NCBI GenBank assembly: GCA_033844545.1
Contig: JAJLJS010000020.1
Span: forward strand, 8,033-72,032
Length of the DNA: 64,000 bases
Reading direction: 5' to 3'
Source: Cyclobacteriaceae bacterium
GTDB taxonomy: Bacteria > Bacteroidota > Bacteroidia > Cytophagales > Cyclobacteriaceae
Below are positions 55,978-64,000 of this stretch, in pieces (within the stretch, counting starts at the first letter, position 1; each line of letters begins with the position of its first letter). The notes below the pieces were generated by a model, which saw only the letters and a list, made by a program, of their open reading frames with translations, was not told where the DNA came from and made no database searches. Made by a program: the position numbers and the translations under genes.

Positions 55978-57123
55978 ATGCATATTTGTTTTTTATCTCA
56001 CGAGTATCCCAAAAAAGGCTTAAATCCTGGTGGAGTAGGGGTGTTTTTGCGGGGAATTGCACCAAAAATCGTTCAAAAAGGTCACCGGGTTACTATTTTG
56101 GGGGCTAATAACACGGATCAATTTGAAGAATACGAGGAGGAAGGAGTTAGGATCATACGAGTTGAAAACCCCCAACTTTCTGGCATTAATTGGTTTTTGA
56201 TAGCTCAAAAACTCAATTTCCATTTAAAAAGAATCCACAGAGAAGCACCACTGGATATTGTGGAAGGGTCTGAACTTTCATTTGCCTTCCTTTCCAAAAT
56301 TTCTGGGGTGAAATTTGTCATTCGCCTCCATGGCGGACATTATTTCTTTGCAGAATCAGAAAATAGAGGAATTAATTGGTGGAAAGGTTGGCAAGAAAGA
56401 AAGTCATTTTCCAAAGCGGACGGAGTGATCGCGGTTTCAGACTACGTGAGAATGCATACTGCCAAATTCCATTCCATTGAATCCTATCCCATAGAGACCA
56501 TCAGATATGCGATAGACACGGATAAATTCTATCCCAGACCGGATATTCTCCCCCCACCGTATTCCATGGTATTCTTGGGTACAATCTGTCAAAAAAAGGG
56601 GGTGGAAAATTTAATCCTTGCCTTTGCGCAGGTAATTAATTCATACCCCGAAGCCAAATTGGATCTTTATGGAAAGGATTGGTTTTTTCCAGATGGGTCT
56701 TCCTATACCCAAAAAATGAAGACCCTAATTGACAGGCTGGATTTAATCGGTTCTGTTCGTCTTTTCCCCCCTGTACACCACGACAAAGTGCCAGAAACTT
56801 TCGCACACTATGAATATTGTATTTTCCCCTCTTTCATGGAAACCCAGGGCTTGGTGGCTCCAGAGGCTATGGCAATGGAAAAGGTGGTGATTTTTACCCA
56901 AAAGGGACCGGGACCGGAAACAATCACCCATTTGGAAAACGGATATTTGTGCAATCCTCTTTCTGTTAAAAATATAGAGGAGACAATTTTAACGGCCTTT
57001 GAAAACAGAAATAAAAACTCTGAAATTGGTAAAAATGCAAAGCTTCAGGTTTTGAGTACATTTTCCTCAAAAGGGACTATTGATAAAAACCTGGATTTTT
57101 ATAGAAGGATAATTCATGGGTAA
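55978..57123 (+). CDS. GT4 glycosyltransferase
   Basis: HEYP...GGVG, KKGV and PSFMETQGLVAPEAMA motifs. Confidence 0.85.
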   Translation: MHICFLSHEYPKKGLNPGGVGVFLRGIAPKIVQKGHRVTILGANNTDQFEEYEEEGVRIIRVENPQLSGINWFLIAQKLNFHLKRIHREAPLDIVEGSELSFAFLSKISGVKFVIRLHGGHYFFAESENRGINWWKGWQERKSFSKADGVIAVSDYVRMHTAKFHSIESYPIETIRYAIDTDKFYPRPDILPPPYSMVFLGTICQKKGVENLILAFAQVINSYPEAKLDLYGKDWFFPDGSSYTQKMKTLIDRLDLIGSVRLFPPVHHDKVPETFAHYEYCIFPSFMETQGLVAPEAMAMEKVVIFTQKGPGPETITHLENGYLCNPLSVKNIEETILTAFENRNKNSEIGKNAKLQVLSTFSSKGTIDKNLDFYRRIIHG

Positions 57124-58237
57124 ATTTTTAATTATAACATGCGTTCAGCATTCTTCGGATGGGAAAGACTATTTTGGATATGGCCCTTATGTAAGAGAAA
57201 TGAATCTTTGGATCAGAAAAGAGGAGAAAGTTTGTGTATTGGCTCCGATCTCAGATTCAAATGTTGTCCAAAAGATTGATCTGGCATACCAACACGGGAA
57301 TCTTGAATTTCAAAAGGTCCCTGCATTTGATATTCAATCTGTAAAATCAATTCTGAAAGCAACCTACCAAGTGCCTTACATTATGGTAAAAATGCTCCTG
57401 GCAATGGCAGCAGCAGACCATATTCACATCAGAATTCCAGGAAATATGGGGCTTTTGGGGATGTTTTGCCAAATTCTTTTTCCCGGAAAAGCAAAGACGA
57501 TTAAATATGCAGGAAATTGGGATCCCCAATCCAAACAACCGTTGACGTATAGGATTCAAAGAAAAATTGCGAACTCTACATTCCTGACTAAAAATGCGAA
57601 AGTATTGGTTTATGGGGATTGGCCGGATAGCACGAAAAATATCCTACCGTTTTTCACAGCATCTTACTGGGAAAGGGAAAAAGAATCGGTACAGAAGCAA
57701 CCATTGATTCAAGGACTTAAATTGGTTTTTGTAGGTGCTTTGTATGATGGAAAAAATCCTGTTGTTGGACTTCAGGTTTCAAAAATACTTCAGGAAAAAG
57801 GAATTGATTTTACCTTCACGTATTGTGGCGACGGCGTTTTAAGGGCTTCCCTTGAAAAACTTTCCAAAGATTGGAAGCTCGAGAAAAAGGTTCGCTTCTT
57901 GGGGAATGTTAATGCAGAAATAGTAAAAGAAGAGCTTAAAAATTCCCACTTTTTGATTTTTGTGTCCGAAACTGAAGGTTGGCCCAAAGCTGTGGCAGAG
58001 GCCATGTTCTGGGGATGTTTGCCACTGACTTCGGCAGTCAGTTGCGTTCCGCAAATGGTAGGGAGCCAGGAGGAACGTGGAATTCTGGTATCCAAAGACC
58101 CTGAATACCTTGTAAGCAGACTGGAAGAATTGAAGAATAATCCAGCCAAATTCGAAAGAATGAGTCAACAGGCTATGGATTGGTCGAGAAACTACACCTT
58201 GGAGAAATTTCAGGCTGAAATAGAAAAGTTGAAATGA
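57116..58237 (+). CDS. GT4 glycosyltransferase
   Basis: SETEGWPKAVAEAMFWG motif. Confidence 0.85.
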   Translation: MGKFLIITCVQHSSDGKDYFGYGPYVREMNLWIRKEEKVCVLAPISDSNVVQKIDLAYQHGNLEFQKVPAFDIQSVKSILKATYQVPYIMVKMLLAMAAADHIHIRIPGNMGLLGMFCQILFPGKAKTIKYAGNWDPQSKQPLTYRIQRKIANSTFLTKNAKVLVYGDWPDSTKNILPFFTASYWEREKESVQKQPLIQGLKLVFVGALYDGKNPVVGLQVSKILQEKGIDFTFTYCGDGVLRASLEKLSKDWKLEKKVRFLGNVNAEIVKEELKNSHFLIFVSETEGWPKAVAEAMFWGCLPLTSAVSCVPQMVGSQEERGILVSKDPEYLVSRLEELKNNPAKFERMSQQAMDWSRNYTLEKFQAEIEKLK

Positions 58238-59298
58238 GAATCCTCCAGCTTATTGATTCTTTGGAGATAGGAGGAGGGGAACGAATGGCCGTGAATATTG
58301 CCAATTATTTTTCTAAGTCCGGGGTGCCCAATAGATTGGTAGTCAGTCGAAATAAAGGGCCACTCGTTGATTTGATTCAAGATCAGGAAAATGTGGACCA
58401 GTTGTACAAACGAAGCTTCTTGGATTTGAAAGCTTTTTTCAACTTGATCCAAATTATCCGGAATTTTCAACCAACTCATATCCATGCCCATGACAGTTCA
58501 ATTTTTTGGGCAGCAATTGCCGGAATTTTCTTTCCTCAAATGAAAGTGATTTGGCATGCACATTATGGTGGATTAGCCGGAAAAGATTCAAGATTCGGCA
58601 AGTTTCTTCCTTTGGTTAAAAATAAGATTGATGGCTTGATTGCGGTCAACCCCGAACTTATTTCATGGTCTAACTCTTCTTTGCCGAACCTAAAGGCGAG
58701 AAAATTTATAGAAAATTTTCCGTCTATACCCTCGTTCTCAAGGTCAAAGCCGAAGGAACCTAAGATTATATGTTTGGCTAATTTAAAGCCCCCAAAAAAC
58801 CACAAACTTTTAATCCGTTCTTTTGCAAAGTTTGGAAAAAGATTTCCTGAATATCAGCTGGAATTGATAGGTAGTCTCCAAAATCTATCCTACTTAGAGG
58901 ATCTAAAAAAGGAAATATCCCTTTTACAAATAGACCACAAAATCAATTTCCATGGAGAACAAGTCAATATTTCCCCTTTTTTAGAAAGCGCTGAATTCGC
59001 AGTGCTTGCTTCAGATGTGGAAGGATTGCCCGTTTCTATCTTAGAGCTTGGACTGGCAGAAATCCCAATCGTTTGTTCCAATGTCGGGTATTGCGGTGAA
59101 CTATTGGAATACGGAGATTTGGGCTACCTGTTCCCTCCTGGGGAAGAAGAAAAGCTGGTACAATGCATGGAAGTGTTGGTCTTAAATAAAGAGGAGGCAA
59201 AAACAAAAGCTTCTTATTTCAGAAAAAAAGTCCAAAGCCAATATGGAGATGAACAATTTGGAAAAAAATATCGGACTTTTATCCAAGAATTGAATTAA
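58234..59298 (+). CDS. GT4 glycosyltransferase
   Basis: GGGERM, KNH and SDVEGLPVSILE motifs. Confidence 0.87.
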   Translation: MRILQLIDSLEIGGGERMAVNIANYFSKSGVPNRLVVSRNKGPLVDLIQDQENVDQLYKRSFLDLKAFFNLIQIIRNFQPTHIHAHDSSIFWAAIAGIFFPQMKVIWHAHYGGLAGKDSRFGKFLPLVKNKIDGLIAVNPELISWSNSSLPNLKARKFIENFPSIPSFSRSKPKEPKIICLANLKPPKNHKLLIRSFAKFGKRFPEYQLELIGSLQNLSYLEDLKKEISLLQIDHKINFHGEQVNISPFLESAEFAVLASDVEGLPVSILELGLAEIPIVCSNVGYCGELLEYGDLGYLFPPGEEEKLVQCMEVLVLNKEEAKTKASYFRKKVQSQYGDEQFGKKYRTFIQELN

Positions 59299-59299
59299 T

Positions 59300-60751
59300 A
59301 TGGAAATCTTTCTTTCCTCCATAAAAAAGCAAAAACTGTCGTTTTTTTGGTTCTGTGTACATGCAGTTCTCGGGATTTCCGCTGCCTTTACCCCATATCC
59401 AATGATCTTGTTTTTTTATCTGGCATTGGGGTACTCCTTTATTAATTTGTTCTGGATTCATCCTAGGCAAAGACCTAGGCTGATCGCTGAAATCATCATT
59501 TATTTTGCCTCATTCGAAGCATTAGGAAGGTTGGCAGGTTCGGATCCTTTTCTTCCTTATGAACTTGGGAAATATATTCTCCTTTTTTTATGCCCTCTCG
59601 GATTGATATTAAGCAGAAATTATTCATGGAAGGGCATGATTGGTCTTATCGTCGTCCTCTTGTCTATCCCCGCTGTGATTTTTGATGAAAGTGGATTGGT
59701 GACATTCAATGACTTGAAATTTAATCTCTTAGGTTTATTGAATATCGGGGTTGCGATTTGGTTTTTTTCCTCTCTTAATATTTCACTCAAGCATCTGATT
59801 AATTGGTCGAAACTCATTGTTTTACCAATTATTTCAGTTTTGATCCTTACGATTATTCGAACTCCGGATTTGGACGAAGTTGAGTTTTCATTAGGGGCCA
59901 ACTTTGCCACTGCTGGTGGATTCGGCTCCAATCAAGTTTCGACAATTCTTGGATTGGGAGTCTTTATCATGGCGATCTGTTGGCTTTTAAATTACCGAGT
60001 CACCGGATTCAAATCTCTAGATCTGGTGATTTTGTGTTTGTTTACCGGGCAAGGATTACTGACCTTCTCCAGAGGAGGAATGATCGGGGCTTTCATCGCA
60101 ATTGTGGTAGTCATGTATTATTTGGGCAAACTCAGTCAGCAGGAAAGACATAGACTCGGCATTCCCAATTTCAAAAAATATATCCTCCCGGTGACAATAG
60201 CCCTTATTGTCGTCATGAGCGTCGCCAATATGGTTACCGGCGGGATGCTTTTGCTGAGATATATGGGTGAAACCCAAGGCACACTTAGCGGTAGTGCAGA
60301 GAAAAATTTGAATAAAATCACGACCAATCGCTCGGATATCTTTTTAGAGGATGTGGACCTTTTTCTGGAATATCCCATGCTGGGAGTAGGTGTAGGGGCC
60401 TCTACTTACTTGAGGCAGGAGTATAAAAACTATGCTCCGCATGTCGAACTTTCCAGATTGATCGCCGAACATGGATTTTTAGGAATTGTTATATTCTCCT
60501 TATTCATTTTGATTTACTTTTTGAATAGAAATCAGGCTCCTGATACCATCTCTAAAGGATTATTGATTGCATTTTACTTTTTGGGATTTTTGGCAACATT
60601 TCATTCGGCTACCAGAACTTATATTACGCCCTTGTTGATGGGGGTTTCCTGCGTAGTTATAGGCCAAAGTTCAAAAAAGAGCATTAAATCCCAACCTCAA
60701 TCTAATCCTTCTAGGCTTGCTTTAGCTCAAAAACCTGTCAAGCAATTTTAA
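59300..60751 (+). CDS. O-antigen ligase / Wzy_C family membrane protein
   Basis: About 12 TMs; TFSRGG, GVGVG and HVELSRLIAEHG motifs. Confidence 0.78.
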   Translation: MEIFLSSIKKQKLSFFWFCVHAVLGISAAFTPYPMILFFYLALGYSFINLFWIHPRQRPRLIAEIIIYFASFEALGRLAGSDPFLPYELGKYILLFLCPLGLILSRNYSWKGMIGLIVVLLSIPAVIFDESGLVTFNDLKFNLLGLLNIGVAIWFFSSLNISLKHLINWSKLIVLPIISVLILTIIRTPDLDEVEFSLGANFATAGGFGSNQVSTILGLGVFIMAICWLLNYRVTGFKSLDLVILCLFTGQGLLTFSRGGMIGAFIAIVVVMYYLGKLSQQERHRLGIPNFKKYILPVTIALIVVMSVANMVTGGMLLLRYMGETQGTLSGSAEKNLNKITTNRSDIFLEDVDLFLEYPMLGVGVGASTYLRQEYKNYAPHVELSRLIAEHGFLGIVIFSLFILIYFLNRNQAPDTISKGLLIAFYFLGFLATFHSATRTYITPLLMGVSCVVIGQSSKKSIKSQPQSNPSRLALAQKPVKQF

Positions 60752-60771
60752 ATGGTTTTTCTAATCCGCCC

Positions 60772-61938
60772 ATGAAGATTTTTGCCTACAACGATTTCAT
60801 CTTGAAGAAATATGAATCGAACATTTACGGAGATGATTCCCATGTTCTTTTCATTGATCATACGGGCACCCAATACTTCGAAAAGTATCTGCTGGGCTCA
60901 AGAGTAAAAAACTCTCCCCAAAAAGGATATTACCTGGTTAAAGATGGAAGTGAAAAAATCCTGCCCTTACCAAATTACTCTTCGGTTTCAGATTTCCTCA
61001 AAAGGCCGGGATTATTTGGTGAAGCCAGAAAGATCCTAAAGCCTAAGATTTATCATTTTGATGTATTTTGGCTTACATGGCCACACCCCATAAGTTTCCT
61101 GATCCTACTGCTGATTGGAAAAGATAAACCCAAGGTTCTTTTTATCAGGCAAAATTTGGAAGCCCTAATTCAAGTCAGGTATAGCGGAATTCAAAGGAAA
61201 ATAGGACTGTTGTTTACCAGATTGATGTATGCTTATGCCAAAAGATTTCACCCTCAAGCTTTGATCGTTACAGTCGGAGAAGAAATGTATAAAATTATGC
61301 AGGGCCAATTTCAAAAGGTCCACTTCATCAGCGATTGTATTGTCCCTTCTGAAGTAGCTCAAGCTCCCAGAAAATTCCCTGAAGAAAAGCTAAAGTTGAT
61401 TTTCGTAGGGCGCCTGGAGGCCGAAAAAGGTATCCCTGTTTTGCTACATGCCATAAAAATTCTTCGGGAAAAGTTCCCTCTTCAATTAACCCTAGTGGGT
61501 GAAGGAGCCTGTCAGAATGAAATTGACCAAATAATTGCTGCAGAATCGCTTGCCGAAGAGGTAGTTCTTGTAGGGTATGTGCCCTTCGGAGAGCAGCTTT
61601 TCGAATTGTATAAATCCCACCATTTGATGGTAATATCCTCTTATAGTGAGGGACTTCCTAAAATCATCAATGAAGCCAGAGCTTTTGCTCTACCGATCGT
61701 TTCCACGGAAGTGGGAGGTATCGCAAAAGAACTGAAAAACGAAAATACCGTGATTTTTTCTCCACCCGGAGATTCCTTACTTCTTGCCCAAGGCATAGAA
61801 AAAATCTGGACAGACAAATTACTTTACGAGAAAATCTCCAGAAATCTTTCAGAAGAATTTAAAACCAATTCCCTGGAGTATTGGAGCGGAAAATTCGCAT
61901 CTCTGGTTCGCGCTCACGTGAGAAATCAACAAAATTAA
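60772..61938 (+). CDS. GT4 glycosyltransferase
   Basis: FVGRLEAEKG and SYSEGLPKIINEA motifs. Confidence 0.85.
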   Translation: MKIFAYNDFILKKYESNIYGDDSHVLFIDHTGTQYFEKYLLGSRVKNSPQKGYYLVKDGSEKILPLPNYSSVSDFLKRPGLFGEARKILKPKIYHFDVFWLTWPHPISFLILLLIGKDKPKVLFIRQNLEALIQVRYSGIQRKIGLLFTRLMYAYAKRFHPQALIVTVGEEMYKIMQGQFQKVHFISDCIVPSEVAQAPRKFPEEKLKLIFVGRLEAEKGIPVLLHAIKILREKFPLQLTLVGEGACQNEIDQIIAAESLAEEVVLVGYVPFGEQLFELYKSHHLMVISSYSEGLPKIINEARAFALPIVSTEVGGIAKELKNENTVIFSPPGDSLLLAQGIEKIWTDKLLYEKISRNLSEEFKTNSLEYWSGKFASLVRAHVRNQQN

Positions 61939-61943
61939 CAGGA

Positions 61944-62732
61944 ATGGATGCTTTGGTTTCAATTGTGGTGCCGGTCTACAATACAGAGAAGTATGTTGCC
62001 GAAACAATAAACTCGGTTATCAGCCAAACCTATACCAATTGGGAGTTGATTTTGGTGGACGATTGTTCTACTGACCTTTCATTCGGTATTTGCAACTCCT
62101 TTTCTCAAAAGGACCCCAGAATTAAGGCTCTCAGGCTGGCCAAAAACTCGGGTGCCTTGGCAGCGAGAAATAAAGGGATTGAACTTTCAAAAGGGAAGTT
62201 TCTTTGTTTTTTGGACTCCGATGACACTTTCGAGCCCAATAAGTTGGAGATTCAGGTGAAGTTTATGCAAAAATTTGACCATGCAGTCTCGTTTACTATG
62301 TTTCAAAGAATCACCGAATCAGGGGAGTTTTTGGGAAAAAGCAATGTTCCTTTCAATACCAAAATCGGATATAAAGACTTGTTGGGAAACCCGGCATTTT
62401 CAATCATTACCCTCATGGTGGACAAGGAAAAAGTCATGGTGCCTCTTGTCCAGGAAGATTTGGTGAAAGCTGAAGATTATGTGTTTCATCTTAGAATCCT
62501 AAAGCAGGGCGTGGATGCATTCGGAATCAATCAGCCTTTGTCAAATTACCGCTATAGGCCAGGCTCTCAATCCACTTCCTTCTTTGGCAATTCTGCTGAC
62601 CTATGGAAAGTCCTGAGTACTGTTGAAAAGCTTCCAATTCATAAGGCTTCGTTTTATTTTGGACGATACTTGGTCAAAGGAATTGGCAAACGACTTACTT
62701 TATTCAAACAAGTCATTTCAAAAAAGGGATGA
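61944..62732 (+). CDS. GT2 glycosyltransferase
   Basis: VSIVVPVYN, VDDCSTD, ARN, FLDSDD and AED motifs. ATG at 61944 preferred over 61881. Confidence 0.9.
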   Translation: MDALVSIVVPVYNTEKYVAETINSVISQTYTNWELILVDDCSTDLSFGICNSFSQKDPRIKALRLAKNSGALAARNKGIELSKGKFLCFLDSDDTFEPNKLEIQVKFMQKFDHAVSFTMFQRITESGEFLGKSNVPFNTKIGYKDLLGNPAFSIITLMVDKEKVMVPLVQEDLVKAEDYVFHLRILKQGVDAFGINQPLSNYRYRPGSQSTSFFGNSADLWKVLSTVEKLPIHKASFYFGRYLVKGIGKRLTLFKQVISKKG

Positions 62733-63805
62733 ATTTTTTCCAAAAAGTACAAGGGAAAAGCAAAGCGATTTTCCGAAAAAGTAAGAATAAGGCCTATGGA
62801 ATTATTGATTATTTATTCCCGATTCAGACCAAGGAATTGGTAGGGAAAAGAATTTTCTCTTTGGGATATGCCTATCCAGATGAATTGTTTGTCGAAAATA
62901 TACCTGAAAAAAACACCATTTGGGCTGAAGTAATCCCGGGTTTGACGGAGACCTATAGATTTGATCAGGAAGATGAATATTACCGGATGTATCAAAAGGC
63001 TAGATTCGCATTCACCTGGAAAAAAGGTGGATGGGATTGTCTTAGACATTATGAAATAATCGCCAACGGATGTCTTCCTGTTTTTAGAGGTATTGAGAAT
63101 TGTCCCAAAGGGACTTTGGAGCATTTTCCGAAGAAACTCCTTCAGGAAATTAACGAAAAGTTGCTTCCATGGAAAGGAACCAAGACTCAAGAATCGGAGT
63201 ACCAAAGGCTTTCTGTTGAACTCTTAGCCTATTCCAAAAGACATTTGAGTTGTTCTGGGCTTGGAAGATCTGTTTTCAAGGTGTTTGGCTTAGAAAAAGC
63301 ACCTTCAATTTTACTGTTGACCTGTGATCCCCGCCCAAACTATTCCAGGGAATTTGCCTTCATTGGACTGAATAAAGAGGCCAAAAAATCAGGTGGTATC
63401 TGTATTTCTTATCCCAGATTAAATCCCCTTTATGAGGATTTCCCAAAAGAAAAAGCCTCACAACTCTACGGTAGGGGGTTTGGCTATACACGAAAAATTG
63501 AAGTCCAGGCAGGAGAATCAGAACAGGATTGGGACGACATCAAAATCAGGAAAAGTATCCTCAACAAACATTGGGATATTGTCCTGTATGGAAAAGTTGG
63601 TTTGGACGAAGGTGTATTGGGATCATTGCCTAATCTTCCTTTTTGGTCAGAAGTATCTTCGGTTTATTCAAAAAATCAAATAGGGTTTTTGTATGGTGGG
63701 GATCATTCCCAAAATTTGGCAGAAAGAAGCAGCCCCTATACCCGACACCTGCTATCACACAGTAAACATGGAATTTGTTTGGTTAGAGAACTGAAATTGC
63801 CTTGA
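62729..63805 (+). CDS. Hypothetical, probable glycosyltransferase-like protein (KKGGWDCLRHYEI motif)
   Basis: Translationally coupled on both sides. RHYEIIANGCLPV resembles the GT-B RxxE...GCxPV segment. Confidence 0.5.
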   Translation: MNFFQKVQGKSKAIFRKSKNKAYGIIDYLFPIQTKELVGKRIFSLGYAYPDELFVENIPEKNTIWAEVIPGLTETYRFDQEDEYYRMYQKARFAFTWKKGGWDCLRHYEIIANGCLPVFRGIENCPKGTLEHFPKKLLQEINEKLLPWKGTKTQESEYQRLSVELLAYSKRHLSCSGLGRSVFKVFGLEKAPSILLLTCDPRPNYSREFAFIGLNKEAKKSGGICISYPRLNPLYEDFPKEKASQLYGRGFGYTRKIEVQAGESEQDWDDIKIRKSILNKHWDIVLYGKVGLDEGVLGSLPNLPFWSEVSSVYSKNQIGFLYGGDHSQNLAERSSPYTRHLLSHSKHGICLVRELKLP

Positions 63806-64000
63806 AAAAATTTGAATTGCCTATCGTTTTTTGTTCTGACAGCAATTTTACAGAACATGTCGCAGTTACTATTTTATCCATAGTAAAATCCAATCCTGAA
63901 TTTTCATTTGATTTTCATCTAATTTCTTCGGAATCAAACCTTGCAAAACTTTCCAAACTAGAGCGGCTGAGTGAGGATTATAACTCAACCTTTCAATCTC
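63802..64000 (+). CDS. GT8 family glycosyltransferase (5' part only)
   Basis: Not in the ORF track. TTG start overlaps the previous stop; MKKFELPIVFCSDSNFTEHVAVTILSIVKSNPEFSFDFHLI matches the GT8 N-terminus. Confidence 0.75.
   Translation, partial: MKKFELPIVFCSDSNFTEHVAVTILSIVKSNPEFSFDFHLISSESNLAKLSKLERLSEDYNSTFQS

Noticed and set aside
1-64000. CRISPR arrays, tRNA/rRNA, IS elements, prophage
   Set aside because: No repeat-spacer periodicity, RNA-gene signatures, transposase or integrase ORFs were seen, and intergenic space is minimal.

Overview
Chromosomal window from a Bacteroidetes bacterium. This is inferred from TAnnTTTG-type promoter elements, AT-rich start contexts and the gene families; it looks Cyclobacteriaceae/Algoriphagus-like, but that is not proven. 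Bases 1-15.6 kb are housekeeping and secreted-enzyme genes: partial sufB, an AsnC/Lrp regulator, M14 and S9 peptidases, thyA, an MMPL transporter, an EEP protein, a DUF2911 lipoprotein and a penicillin-acylase-family hydrolase. From 15.7 kb to the end lie two tandem, same-strand surface-polysaccharide operons. Operon 1 (~15.7-45.0 kb) has a wHTH regulator, an SLBB export protein, ugd, wzz, WbpE/D/B-like enzymes, 2 SDRs, 2 AsnB-like amidotransferases, wzx, wzy, glycosyltransferases, a GH123-like hydrolase and wzi. Operon 2 (45.3 kb onward, truncated) has a TviB/WbpO-like dehydrogenase, wza, wzc, an ABC flippase, many glycosyltransferases and a Wzy/WaaL-like protein. The most striking signal is non-coding: both operons, about 29.4 kb apart, carry the same two cis-elements. 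(i) A palindrome AATGAGTA-N7-TACTCATT sits exactly on the -7 promoter element TAnnTTTG. (ii) A leader motif GGGACTGAnnGGGCGAAGCT (18/20 identical) resembles an ops/JUMPstart antitermination signal. The first palindrome lies 13 bp before a gene for a winged-helix protein fused to an apparently inactivated minimal nucleotidyltransferase domain. An intrinsic terminator also lies inside operon 2. Together these suggest a candidate two-tier capsule regulon (repressor/operator plus antitermination). No RNA genes, mobile elements or CRISPR arrays were recognised. All calls are by eye; no searches were run.
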